Both the position numbers and the translations under genes were made by a program. 64,000 nucleotides of DNA from the NCBI GenBank assembly GCA_013115145.1, contig JAAPAO010000009.1, positions 97,157-161,156 of the forward strand, written 5' to 3'. This stretch comes from Perkinsus chesapeaki ATCC PRA-425 (Eukaryota > Protista > Perkinsozoa). Below are positions 1 to 12,400 of this stretch, piece after piece. The notes beneath the pieces were generated by a model. That model saw only the letters and a list, made by a program, of their open reading frames with translations, had not been told where the DNA came from and did no database searches. Numbering within the stretch: position 1 is the first letter of the stretch; every line of letters begins with the position of its first letter.

Positions 1-457
1 GGACTTGTTGAGGCGTCGACGGCAGGATTACCAAATAAAGGAGCTGCAGAGGAGTAATGGGGATGGGGGAGAGGAAGGCGGATGATATCGAAGACGCTCC
101 AGGGCATGCGTGAAGCTCTCGAATATGCTGGGAATGTTCATGCACTTGGGAGTTGCCTGGGAACCCTGGTTAAATTGGTGTTGCTTCAGAGGACCTTTGG
201 GACGTCAACTGTCGACTAATAGATCTAACCAGAGGCCAGCTCAGCCAGCAGCTCAAGCCGACATCTTCGGGAACAGAGCAGACCGCAGAGCTTGACATGG
301 CGAGGAGCTCCTCGCTGGTCAATGAGAAAGAGTGGGAACTAATCGAGCCACGCGTCACGGCGTCATTTATTACGTATCTCAGGATTGTGGCTTTACGTTC
401 AAAGGTGGAGGAGCTGCGGAAGTCCGTAGAGGCCTGCGCGAGGTCCATCAACAACAA
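1..457 (-). CDS. Hypothetical protein, 5' part (runs off window)
   Basis: ORF 170..457 starts at ATG head-to-head with coatomer zeta; no family recognised. Confidence 0.3.
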
Positions 458-592
458 CCAGCCGCATTTGCAGTGACATTAGTTTCCGTGCCGTTTCGTT
501 GCGTTGTTTATCGGGCGAGCGCGCAATTTCGTGGCGCATCATTTTCGATCGCGGAGCATGATTGTTAGTTTAATTTTTCTGTGCGTCGTCGT

Positions 593-1431
593 GATGGCCT
601 CCATTCGCTGCGTTGCCGGTATTCTCATTCTGGATGATGAGGGGAAGAGGCTGGCGGCTAAGTAGGGGGCAGTTGGGGGCATTGGGGTAAGGCGGATGGT
701 AGGTATTATGATGATAACAAGTTCGCTGATTTGGCGGCAGAGAAGAAGTTTGAGAAGGAGCTGATGGCTAAGACAGCCAGGCTTAATAATAGGAACGATG
801 GTAGGGCTAGATCTGAAGGAAGTGTGGTAATAATTCATGTGGATCAGTTGAGGTGGCTCTCGTGGATGAGTACGTGGTGCTGGTCCGGCAGTCTAATGAT
901 GTCATGCTGGCGGTAATAGGGGATAGGAAAGGAAATGTGGGGAGGAGCGGTATAGGTGCTGGCACGGGAGAGCGAGAACGACATTATGATGCTTGATTTT
1001 ACTACCACTCTTTATCAAGTACTTTGCAATATTACACAGTAAGGGGGAGGTCGTGGGTTCGAACCCGGCAGCAGACCTTTTGTTAATTCAGTAACAATGT
1101 GTGCCGTAAGAAAATAATTGACAAACTCGACCTGGTTTTCCTTATGATCGATGAGGCTGTCGAAAAAGGGTAACATACCTTCCGCTGTTTCGCGCCAAAT
1201 TTTGCGCCGATCAGCGTCATACTCGAAATGGACTCTGCTGTGATCACATCGAGGATCAAGATGCAGAACGACGAGTCTTCTACCACTGCAAGCGATGACC
1301 ATGCGTCTGGGAGCTCTAGAGCGGTCCAGGGTAATAAGGGGTTGGGCAACGTGGAGGGATTGCAGTGGTTCCGGCAGGCTACTCGGGATCGAGCCAAGAA
1401 GCGTCCTTCAAATCGGCCTTGTCCAGCGTGA
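593..1431 (+). CDS. COPZ: Coatomer subunit zeta (longin fold), multi-exon
   Basis: Spliced translation MASIRCVAGILILDDEGKRLAAKYYDD...EKKFEKELMAKT...KLDLVFLMIDEAVEKGVILEMD matches COPZ motifs; all GT-AG introns are in phase. Confidence 0.9.
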
Positions 1432-1595
1432 GAGACCAGATTGGCAATTTCTTGAGCCGATAAGAAGGATGTATATTTTACAGCGCGGAAAGGCCCACTA
1501 CAGTTTCAAAATTGATATGTCTTATTCGGTCGAGTTTTGTGGGGAAGTCGGTATGATTCTGTAGGTTGTTTTTGTGAGATTATTTTGCTTATATA

Positions 1596-2129
1596 ATGTC
1601 TGGATTGGGGTTTATGGTTATGCATCCGGAGATGGCCTCCACGGTGTATGGCCTTAAGGAACACACGCAGCGAGGTACTATGGGACGGCTTAAGGATAAT
1701 ATTACGGCGGCGCATAAAGCTCTGGTCTTTATGAAGGTGCTCCAACGAACTCATTCTAGCCTATTCCTCGGCTGCTGTGTAGAGTATCTTAGCTTGATTC
1801 TTACTTTTTTAGGGGAGGTTCCAGATGAGAATCTTCGGCTGCGGTTAACCATTAAGGATGATGATTCGGGTTTCTCGGAAGAATATCGAGTAAAGGACGC
1901 CAATGAGCTAGGCCCAGCCCTCCGGCTATTCACCAGCGCCTATAACAAGGATGCAAAGGAGAAGGATGGTAAGGGAGCTGGGATGGAGCTGGATGCTCAT
2001 TCTAAGGCAGACGGTCTTGTGGGGAAATTTGCCTTCACGTACGCGGGTAAGCCGGTGTATAGCGATCAGCGGCCATTCGATATTAAGATCAATAATGGAG
2101 ACACTATAAAAGCAAGCCGGCAAACGTAG
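1596..2129 (+). CDS. Protein with C-terminal SUMO/ubiquitin-like domain lacking the terminal diglycine
   Basis: LRLTIKDDDSG..EEYRVK...FAFTYAGKPVYSDQRPFDIKINNGDTIKA resembles the SUMO pattern (FxFdGqpi.e.dTP..l.m.dgDtI); 5' end and one intron uncertain. Confidence 0.5.
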   Translation: MSGLGFMVMHPEMASTVYGLKEHTQRGTMGRLKDNITAAHKALVFMKVLQRTHSSLFLGCCVEYLSLILTFLGEVPDENLRLRLTIKDDDSGFSEEYRVKDANELGPALRLFTSAYNKDAKEKDGKGAGMELDAHSKADGLVGKFAFTYAGKPVYSDQRPFDIKINNGDTIKASRQT

Positions 2130-2423
2130 GGGGGGGGGCTGGGAAGGCGAGCGCATTCTGGGTGATGCAGGTTCGCCGATATGGTCTAGCGGCGGGCTGC
2201 CTTATGCCTTCTGGCTCTGTCTAGTTCCTCAGGGTCCGCTGAAGCCCACTTCTTCCTTTAAAACCGTGCTACAGCAATAGAGAGTTTCTACCGTTCTATC
2301 TTGTACAGTATCATTAACGACTGTTGTAGTGCCCTATGAGTTGCGTTGGAGGGGTTAATAGTATTTGTTGGAGAAATGACGGGTGTGGGGTTCGAACTCG
2401 GGTGCTTTGCAGTTGATAATACA

Positions 2424-3306
2424 ATGATTAGACATCCTCGCTATCCCGATGGTCCTCCACCACCTATGAGTGGCGTCATCGCGATATGCCCTCGGCCTCG
2501 ATCAAAGGACGGTCGCCCTCTTAATTCATTGGACACGTATCCTTACACAGTAAGACCACAGTGGAATAAGCGGTGTGAGCAGAAGTGTTGTTATTTAGCT
2601 GCAGCATCCCAGGACAGCGGGAACAGGATCAACGGGTTCGTCAATACCTCCACCTAGCATTACGGTCCATCCAACTCAAGGAACTGGCAATGGCCCTGTG
2701 AAGGTACAATGTCTCTGTCAGGCTTCCTCTCGACTTGTTGGTTTCATTGAGGAAAACTCCTTTCTAGTAGCTGCAGACGCGCTCTCCATTTCTGCCAGTT
2801 GCCGCGTTCAATTTCGTTGTTGTCTCTGAGAACGGCGACATTTGAACAATCGCCCGAATCATGTTATCCCTTTTGCCTCTGTCAGACCGAATATATCGAC
2901 CGTGAGGTCGAGGTTCCGGTCACCAAGTTTGTTCAGAAGATAATCGAGATCCCGGTGGTGCAGAAAACTGTCGAGAAGCCTGTGGTGAAAACTGTCCAGA
3001 AATTCGTCGAAGTGCCCCAAGTAGACCCCAACGCCCATCTTCAAGGCCTCAGTGTTTTGCCTTTCAGATCGAATACGTCGACAGGTATGTCGACGTGCCT
3101 GTTGTGAAATACGTAGAGGTTGTACAGGAGGTGAAGGTTCCGCAGGTAAGATGCTCGATACCTGCCGGATGCTGGAGAGTGGCTCTTCCCAGGTTGTGAG
3201 GAAATATGTGGAGAAGATAGTAGAATACACTCCGCCAGAGTCGGCCAGGAGTGAAGCAGTAGATAAAGATAGCGACGGTGACGACACTGTAGTGGCCGCC
3301 GGTTAG
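2424..3306 (+). CDS. Alveolin/IMC-articulin-like repeat protein
   Basis: Exons encode EYIDREVEVPV, KIIEIPVVQKTVEKPVVKTVQKFVEVPQ, EYVDRYVDVPVVKYVEVVQEVKVPQ, KYVEKIVEY; start approximate. Confidence 0.65.
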
Positions 3307-3652
3307 AAGCCTTAAGTAAGCCATCGGTGACTTTGCTGATACTGTTCGGACCAGCGGTTTTGTTTCAGGGCGATCAGCTTTACGTCTTTGAATCGGAGTG
3401 ACCATGAAAGCGCTATCTTTTGATAGCATACTTTTTTGAAGTTGTGACAAGCGAGATGTCTCTTGCGTTGCTAGTTGGTTAGTTGGCTGTGGGACAATTT
3501 GCACAATTAGTGCCGATAGCATCACTAACACTAGGTATTGTTTGATTCCGGCCCCTTACATTTATAATGTCTTCAAGCCAAGCGTTAAGTAATCGTGACG
3601 AAGGCGGTAGAACGCCCACTGACAGTATGCCACCGCCGCGCCTCGCCTCTTC

Positions 3653-4530
3653 ATGGATTCTGTATTAGGTGGACTTCGCAGAAGGCGCAACAGTACCGTT
3701 CCAATCCTTACGAAGTGTCCAGAGTGTACCCCAACCGCGCACTGCTCCAAGTGCCTTCTTGATTTTTACACGGGTCTCTGCGATGCCTATGGTTCTAAAG
3801 TAAATCGCCAATCTGCGCTAGTACCTGCGGAAGCCAACGTGTCAGGTGGACCCTGCGTTTGTGACGGCGCTGGTGACTCGCTGGCCCCAGGTGGTGCTGA
3901 GTCTGAGGTCTCCGTTGGATTCAAGCGTGATGCCCGTCCTGCAGACTGTTGGGGAAGCCCCCTTCGTGCAGGGCCTTCATATGGGCACCCATCTGAGGTG
4001 CGGACAGTCGCATCGCTCCGCCTTTTTTTCATGTGTGGTTTTTGTTCCAGTCGTGGCTGGAGGGGAGAGGGTAACTGGATTTGCCGTGCCCTACAGATTC
4101 CCCTGCCATCCCTAGCCAACTCCTTGAAGAAGCTCGACCTTCAGAGGCTAGGTATCTTCAAAGATATTCTTGGCAGTGCGCAACGGTCCGCGTCCTAGGT
4201 ATCGACGGCCACGGTGCAAGGCAGCTGGCTTCTGCAGTCGTTCAACTTAACTGCTTGAAGGATCTTATTCTGTCACATAATTACCTAGGGTATTCTACAT
4301 GCCTACCGTGGCGCTTCTTGGAGCTGCTCTCGCTAGATACGAAGGAGGTCAAGATGCGATCGTCAAGATCGTCGAAGAGGGCCCCAAAACCTTGCGATAC
4401 ATCGATATTAGCTTCAATGCGTAACACCTTCAGCATCCCGATTGCCCTATTCATTCCCGTTTCTGTCAGTATCGGCTATCTCAACGTCAGAAGCATCATG
4501 CACGCTGTAGGCGAGCGAAACAAGTCCATT
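3653..4530 (+). CDS. Ribonuclease-inhibitor-type leucine-rich repeat region (probably the N-terminal part of the downstream PAQR gene)
   Basis: Spliced LKKLDLQRLGIDGHGARQLASAVVQLNCLKDLILSHNYLGYEGGQDAIVKIVEEGPKTLRYIDISFNAIG; no stop before the PAQR exons. Confidence 0.65.
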
Positions 4531-4566
4531 GTGAGTGCCAGCTGCCTTCTTGCCGCTAGCACTGGT

Positions 4567-5845
4567 ATGTCTCAGGCCGATGGTATGGAGATGAAAGCCG
4601 TACAGCAGAAGACTGAGGAGGTTATTGTTACCGATGAGACTACCGAGGCCACTGTGGTGTCGAAGCCCAAGCAAGAGAGGAAGCTCACCCGTAGGCTCCG
4701 AGGCTTGGGTTACTTGGTATTGCCTTTCAGCCTTCTCTCCCCACTCGCACTGCTGCAGTCATTGCCGTGTCAACTACGATGGCAACTTTGTTGTGGAGGA
4801 GATCTGGAATGCCGTCACTCACGGGCTCGGACTGTAGGCCAATCCCTTATGATAGCGTTCGATGCCTTTCCAGAGTGTTGGTCATTCCCGGCCTAATTGA
4901 CCTTATGGTCCTCTCCGCGGATGAGCCGGTAGGCTGTCGGATGGCCGTCCTCGCCTACATGCTGAGCTGCACGGTACGTACCGCGCATTGTCCCCTCGCC
5001 TCGGACGCGGCTGTTGTCTTTCAGCTCCTGTTCGCGGTGTCTACCCTGTTCCACGCCTTCTTCATGCTGGACCTTACCTCCAGGATTTTCCAAGTTCTCG
5101 ACCACAGCTCGATTTTCGTTCTCATCGCCGGCAGCTACACCCCCTTCTGTGTCCTGCTTTTCGGCGATGATCCGAACGTGAGTCGCTGCTTCGCTCCGCT
5201 GGATTTTGTGGCATGTTTCACGTTTTAGGGAAGCCGTGTTTTAATAACTGAATGGGTTCTGGCTGCAGTCGGCATCACAGCCCATATTATTGCCGTTCAC
5301 TTCCCCAAGATCCGTCATGCTCCCTTGTATGTCTACGGCGAGGTGAGGCGCCGCCCTTTTCACTGCCGATTGACTTATTGTGCTTTGTCAGCTGGTCCTC
5401 TATGTATTGATGGGTTGGATGGCCGTAGCTGTCTGGGACACCTTCGTTAACACGACACCAGTAAGCCTCTCCTCTCACTGTGGAGGCCATCCCAAATTAC
5501 TACTCCTCGCCGTGCTTCCTCTTGCCTACATTATCGCTTTCTTAGGTTCACATTCAGTACCTGATCGCCGGTGGTGGCCTCATATACATGGGAGGATTGC
5601 CGTTCTACATACTGGACAATATCAAGGTATCTCCTGCCTCTTGTTCGATGAACCTGTTGTCTCTCAGACGATCCCCATCCTGCACTGTGTGTGGCATCTC
5701 TTCGTGTTGGTCGCAGCCATAGTCCATTTCTGCGCCGTAAGTTTCCAAGTTGTATGCCATCTTTTATAGCGTCTTTCAGGTGCGGGAATCCGTTATATAC
5801 TATAACAACCAGCATGGCATACCAATGCTTGGAGGCTCTCCTTAG
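4567..5845 (+). CDS. Haemolysin-III/PAQR family 7TM protein
   Basis: Motifs EEIWNAVTHGLG, STLFHAFF, VLDHSSIFVLIAGSYTPF, LYVLMGW, HCVWHLFVLVAAIVHF; last exon ends LGGSP* at 5845. Confidence 0.9.
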
Positions 5846-6396
5846 AAGAATTATTTCAGCATCGAGAAGTGCCAACTTCACACAGTTTCAAATAGCTCAG
5901 TATCCTTGTGTTAGCATTGATGAGGAGATCAAGCAGCGGAGATATCGTCCTCTTTCCAGTGGCCGAACTCCTTCCAGCACTTTCGCAGCTCGACGAGTAC
6001 CTGGAGATATATCACCTCTTGAAAGAGCCACGAGCACGCTGCTGATGGCGAGGCGTATGAGGATACGATATTAGAATGACGATGCTGATGTGCTTCGACT
6101 GTCGAGATCGAACCGCGGTGGCCAGGCATGTTTGTAAATGCCCACTACTGCACATCAGCTTGCTTTATAGCAGCCCAAATTTTCACCGTATTCTCAGCAC
6201 ATTTGGCCTAGCGCTGAAGTTAACCCGGAGGCAAGGTGCGTGTTCTGTGAAGTACCGCGCAGTAGGCCGGGATGGCTTTTGCAATTTAGACCTTGCAGTT
6301 TCAAGTATCTTGACGCAATTGTGTTCCTAGTAGTGTGGTGTTGGTCAACATTTGGAGTGTAATGTGTACTGCCTCAGTTTGACGTTGATTGAGGCA

Positions 6397-7938
6397 ATGC
6401 CACCGAATCGCCGTCGTTCTCGAGTTTCTATAAGCTCAACTGCCTCGTCGAGGAGTATCACTTCCCAGGAGAGCCGGAAGAGCCTAAAGCCGACTGGCAC
6501 TCCAGACTTCACAGCCGTTTTTAACGTGGTGATGACCGCTGTTGGTGTCGGTTTGTTAGCCCTGGCAAAGGCGTCGGCTAATGTGGGCTATGTTATGGCT
6601 ATCATATTGATGCTAGGTTGTGGTGCTCTAGGATGGTGTATGGTGTATCTACTGTACAAGTGCAGACTCATGGCTCTGGCTCTTGGCCTCGAACATGTTC
6701 CCGCCTATGAGGACATTGGCCGGGCCGCGTTCGGGAAAGCTGGTGGTATCATCGTCGCCATCTGCCTGCATATTTCTCTTATCGGCACTTCCTGTGTGCT
6801 CATGCTTTTGCTCGGGCAGAACTCTTATCACATTTATGATGGCATTGGTGTGGATTTATGGATTGTCATCTGGACGGTTATTCTCACGCCGGTCAACTGG
6901 CTGAAAACTATGCGCGAAATCGGGTACATGTCAAGCACAGTGGGAGTGTTCTCCATTCTTCTCACTTTGGTGGGCCTAACAGCCGCCGGTTTCGCCCAGG
7001 CAATCACTGTCAAGCCGCACGCTCCCTACGAACCATTTGTACCGAAGCCTCTGTCGATTATAGGAGGCTATACAACATTCTCATTCGCCTACTCTGTCAC
7101 TTGTAGTACTACAACAGTAACCCACGACATGCGATATCCTACCCATGCTCCGAAAGTATTTCTCATATCATTTATTTCTCTTATCTTTGTCTATGGTCTT
7201 GTGACCTTGGCCGGGTATCTTGGTTGGGGACAGAAACTGTTATGTTACGATAACGTGCTTGAAGCAATGTCAAGAGACGCGTGGGGATATGTATCATTCG
7301 TAGGCATCATAATGCTTTCTGCTACACATTATGCAGTATTGTTGCATCCATCATGCCGTGCTATCGAGTATCTTACTGGTCTCGAGGAGGGGACCTCCAA
7401 GGCTCGCAAGCTTGGCCGATGGCCTACGTTTATTATAACAAGTGCTTTACGTAGTCTGTTAGTCGTTATCACTGCTGTCATCGCTATAACAGTTCCCAAC
7501 TTCTCACTTCAAATCGATCTTCTCTCGGCAATTACGTACACGCTTATACATTTGATATTCCCACCATTGTTCTACATGAGGCTCAAGTACAAGTTAGCTG
7601 GTCTTAACAGGCCTGGCAATCTAGGAACCGGCAAAGGGAAGGTGCTGACGGCCTGTTTGATTTTCCTCATGACCATTGCTCTTATGGCGTCAGGAGTGAC
7701 TATCTACAAAACGGTCGAACCAGGCCCTACGCCCGCACTATGTGAAACGATTAAGGCTTCTGTCGAGCAGCCCAAAGTTCAGGCTAGCGCTATCTCTGAT
7801 GTGGAGGTGCTGGAGGATAACGACGTAAGCGAGGTCGACGAAGAGGAGGCCACCTCCGACAACCTCCGCGGCAGCGAGTATGAAAAGCTGCCGGAAAAAG
7901 AAGATGAAAATGACGAAGATGAAGATGATGAAATGTGA
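6397..7938 (+). CDS. AAAP (Aa_trans) amino-acid transporter, intronless, with acidic C-terminal tail
   Basis: Single ORF; FNVVMTAVGVGLLAL, YEDIGRAAFG, multiple TM segments. Confidence 0.9.
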   Translation: MPPNRRRSRVSISSTASSRSITSQESRKSLKPTGTPDFTAVFNVVMTAVGVGLLALAKASANVGYVMAIILMLGCGALGWCMVYLLYKCRLMALALGLEHVPAYEDIGRAAFGKAGGIIVAICLHISLIGTSCVLMLLLGQNSYHIYDGIGVDLWIVIWTVILTPVNWLKTMREIGYMSSTVGVFSILLTLVGLTAAGFAQAITVKPHAPYEPFVPKPLSIIGGYTTFSFAYSVTCSTTTVTHDMRYPTHAPKVFLISFISLIFVYGLVTLAGYLGWGQKLLCYDNVLEAMSRDAWGYVSFVGIIMLSATHYAVLLHPSCRAIEYLTGLEEGTSKARKLGRWPTFIITSALRSLLVVITAVIAITVPNFSLQIDLLSAITYTLIHLIFPPLFYMRLKYKLAGLNRPGNLGTGKGKVLTACLIFLMTIALMASGVTIYKTVEPGPTPALCETIKASVEQPKVQASAISDVEVLEDNDVSEVDEEEATSDNLRGSEYEKLPEKEDENDEDEDDEM

Positions 7939-8058
7939 TCCTTTGTTTACAGACCGACTTTAAGTTAGCTCCATGTCGTGTTGTGGCAGTTGGATATTAC
8001 TCGATAACACAAAACATGCTTTCAACGGAAACGATTCACACGACGTGTTAAACGACAC

Positions 8059-9335
8059 TCATGCGGTTATTTCGGGAACGGTCTCTCGGGCGATGTCTTC
8101 CTCTGCCATCTCCTCTCGTAGTTGAGCTCGGACCCGCTGCTCCTCATCAAGCAGCCATAGAGGTTTGATGTACCTTCCAAAACAAAACTAACAGCGGAAT
8201 CTCGATTATTCCACCTACCGAACTTTGGCACCTCTCGCCCGCATCTTCTCCATATAATGAACCATCGCCAAGTTAGGCCGCGCCGTCCTCGGGAGGACCT
8301 CGAACTTCCATGGCTTTATATGAGCGCGCAAAGCTATTCGCTCCATGTACCTGAACGAAACCATGCCCGACTTGACCAAAACATTGGCACCTACACCACA
8401 GTGACGCTGCCACCAACTCGCTTGAGCATATCAATTGAGGACTGGTCGACACTCGCAACCTCGATGTCCACTTTGTAACTGCACAACCCGAGGACACTGG
8501 CGTAGACGAGGGCAGCAGCGGCGGCTCACGGGAAGGGGTAGTCGTTGTAGTTGAAGAGCCGCACACCATTGCGGACCCGCTTGACGCATCGACTCTCGAA
8601 GAGATGGCGCTGAGTGATCGGATATCTTGTATCAAGCCGCCCATGCTCGATAAACTTCCTACCGGAAGAAGAGTTTATAATGACCGCGCGCCACGAAACT
8701 CACCGCAGTCTAGCAAGGCTCAGCGTCTCCAGCTGCTGATATTTGCTCGACATCTCCCTCTTCGCTCCAGGCCACTTTGGGAACCTGTCTCACCCCCCGT
8801 GGACGGCAAAGTAATGCCAGAGTCTCACTTGTTGTAATATGCTCGGTTTCCTCCATCCCAGGTCTCCGGGTCCTTAAATAAATGAATCCCTCCAATCTAC
8901 GGTGCCACCAAGGCTTACCACATCCATCCCTCTATCGTGCTGCAGTTTAATGCCTCGCTGGCTCTTACCTCTCCCTCGCACTCGTTTCTTTTTTTTCTTT
9001 TGAACCTGACGCAACCGAAATCCGCCAGCCTCGCCGCAGTCTTGTCACCTGCCGTCCGTGACCGTTCCTCATGTTCTTAGCGCAGATGGGGAAGAACGGC
9101 CGACTGGTGTAAGCAAACCGTGGGTTGAAGGGACGCGGGGTGAACCTCTGCAGCAGCTGAGGAGGCTCGGTGGCGTCCGAAGGTCTGCCCGTATGACTAC
9201 GAGGAAGCAGCGGCCACATCACGCTCACTTGGGGGCTTCCGGACCCAGGCTGGAAGCTGACGAGAATAGTCGACAGAGCGACCGGCAAAGCGGAATGGAT
9301 CTTGTCGTGGAGGACAAACGCGGCACCAGCAGCAT
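8059..9335 (-). CDS. MRPL15: Mitochondrial ribosomal protein uL15m
   Basis: Presequence MLLVPRLSSTTRS..RLFSS; spliced WDGGNRAYYNKFPKW, LETLSLARLRKFIEHGRLDTRYPIT, KVDIEVASVDQSSIDMLKRVGGSVTVVY parallel MRPL15 motifs. Confidence 0.75.
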
Positions 9336-9491
9336 CACGATCAACTCGGGAGATATCCCAACCCATCTGAGATTGAAAACTCAACTCTTCGAGAGTGGAC
9401 GTTGAAACAGATACACGGTGTTAGGAGCTAGAGTACTTCAGAGACCTGCAGGGACACAAGCTGAGGATAGGACAGCCGACCATCGCCGCGC

Positions 9492-12400
9492 CTACGCTTC
9501 CCGCAGCAGGGCTTCCTTCTCTGAGCCTAGACCAGTGCAAGCTTTGCATTTCGCCACGAAACTCGAAGTCAGGACGTCGTCATGGAGGACCTGAGGGCCG
9601 AGCTTCGAGGTAAGATACTCTTTTCCGTGACGTACCGCGTTGGCGAACTGTATCCAGTCCTTGACGGGATCGATCCCGCTACTCCCGCTGACTAGGAACG
9701 CCAAGCGGCCCACAGTGGTGCTGATCAGAGAGCCAGCGGAACCACCGCCGAGGATGACGTCTTCGAGAACGGTCAGTAACTGACATGAGCAAGCGTGCAA
9801 CTTCATACCGCTCCTCTCAAAAATACCTCGCGGTCCATGACCCGAGCGGCTCCTCGCCAGTCGCCGGCGTTCACATAGCAGAGGGCCGAGGTCAGACCTA
9901 CAACATTAGCTGGTAGCAGATAGGCACCGAAATGGACGTACGTTGGTCCCTGGTCTTGAGGCCTATCCGAGGGGCCGCTGCCGACCAGAGCAGTGAATTG
10001 AGATCATCCTCACCCAGGAGGGCATCGAGGGCGGCAGCCACTGGCTCGGGGAGAAGTTCTTCTTTGTCGGGGAATCTACGGCGGCAGATATAGCTTGACG
10101 TGAAGGGTAGCGTACTGCGGCGGTGTCCCTCGGTGGTCGCCACTAGGAAGGCCCATCACAGTGCGGCAAAAGGCATCGGAAGCCTCGGGTAGGTTACGAT
10201 AGACGAGATCAGTGACGAACAATCGGATGGAGGAGGATGGTATCCAAAGGTACTCACAGAAGACCTGGAAAGGAAACGGTATAGAGATGGAGGCCTGCTG
10301 CTTGAGGCAGTCCTACCAGCGCGGCCCATTGCCACAGGCCAGCAGCTTCCAGCCAGTGGGCAGTTACGGACGCTAGTCTAGCAGCCGAGGGAGAGGATAA
10401 TGTAACATCTGAGGGATGAGTAATATACAGCAAGCTTGTCGGGGCTCACCAAAGATAGAAGAGTAGACCAGGAAGGCTAAGAAGGCAGTGAAGGGCTCGG
10501 GAGAGGCGCAGCTGTTGCTCAGTAAGGTATCGGCCAACCTACAAAAAAGTGCAATGGCGATGTACTTCACAGACGGCCTACTCCTCAGGAGCCGTAAGAC
10601 CAGCCTGAACTCGAAGCAGCTCCCATTCTACGCCGCGACCTTTGCCAACCGCCTTGACGGTGTCCAATACGGAACTGAGCAACGGCAATGACTAATGTAG
10701 GGCGTAAAAGGACCTACTATCGGCCACCGTCATCCTTCACGCCATAGCAGTAGTAGGCAGCAAATTTCTCAGCCCAGGAGGAGCATCGGCAGAGAACCTC
10801 CTCAGAGTCGACCTCGCCTGAGGAATGGCGTGATCGACCGGATCGCCAATGGTTTGGTTACCCGCAAGTAGCTGGTAAACAGCGGCCACGGCGCCCTTGA
10901 TGTGACCAGGGCTGTCCAGCTTCCATTGGTCCAGTTGCTGCCTCAGTACCGCAACGGTGTCCTCACCTGTGACACAAGTGTAGTACTACAGCGGAGCATC
11001 TTGCCCTCTTACTGCGAGCGCTCTCCCAGTCCATCGAGTCAAAGCCGAGAATGGCGGCTATGCGAGCTAGCCTAGGGTACCCTCCAGCCTGCAGCGACAG
11101 TGTGGCGCCGGTAACCTATCAGGATGCGCATGCGTGCATGTCATACGCCAGTCATCGCCGTACATCAGTGGCAATGAGCTGATGGAAGGCCCGTTCTAGC
11201 GGGTCGGCCTCCACTGGAATGGGAGTGTTGACGTCCGATAGCCACGGCCGAAGGTCCTCCACCGCACCGTCTGAAAACGGTATACTAGTAGACCCTTCCC
11301 CGCCAACGCTGCCTGGTTGGAATGATAAATGCATGATGAGCAAATAACAGTAAATTGAGCCCATTTCAGCCCTCCTCCGTAAAGAGCAAATAAGTGTGAC
11401 GGTGCATGGGCAGCAGCAGCAGCTGCTGCCCATTGCTAGCTTGCTTGGATTAGCCGTTTCATTGAGGCCATACGAGCCCGTCCAACCAAATGTGACCTCA
11501 CCCTCTCGCAGCCCCGACAGGAGGGCAAAGACGCTCTTCTTCCGAGGAACTCCGATGGCTCCTTCATACGACCGATAGGTGTCAAAGAGCTCAAGCGGCG
11601 TTGAAGCCTCGGAGGCCTCAATTGAAGTCAAGGCTGAGAAGCACTGCTCGACAAAGGAAGGATCGATGCTCTCTGCGGCCGCCGGTACCACCGGTAAGAC
11701 CTGCAACCACTTCCGAGACCTGTACTGCTATCGGCAACGGCTACCTTCATTCGGTATCGATTCAGTGATGCTTCGACTGGCATGGCCATTCGACCATCTG
11801 GTCCTAGACTTGGCCGGAAGGAAAGATGCTGCTGCAGATAGGGCTAAAGAGGAGGACATGACATAAGGAAGAGGTGCGAGGCTACATGTCTCAACTTGGG
11901 CCACTCTCCGAGTAGGGATGGGCCCGTGGTGGCCTCGCTGGTGGTCATGTCATAGTAGCTGGGCTTGTAGGCAGCGAATGCCCCAGGCTGGGAGCGACCT
12001 ATGGCCAAGGGCTCACCAGAGGCACACCTGCACAGTAGGAAAAAATGGGCGAAAGAGCTGGTACGGTGCTACTTGGTGGACTTGGGATCGCCGATGGTTG
12101 CCGGCTCCTCCTCTTCCTCTCCTACACTAGCCTGACCACCTTCAAACATATCCTCATCGTCGGATATCCCTCCACTTGCTCCGTCCACAGAGGTCGACGG
12201 ATCCAAGACCTGCCATAAGGCCGATATGCACGCGGGGCTAGGGGAAGTGTCACAACGTCCTTCATTCTGTCAAGCAAAATCACGTACTTAATTCGGCTCT
12301 CTAGTACGTGGAACCGGGCGTCAATATGACCCTCAGAAACAGAAGGAGGCTGGCCAAAGCAGGCTGCATGTTATCGACAGAAATCCACCAACGCCCAGAG

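Noticed and set aside
8985-9050. Kinase-like RLADFG motif
   Set aside because: It lies inside the uL15m reading frame and no other kinase subdomain motifs are nearby
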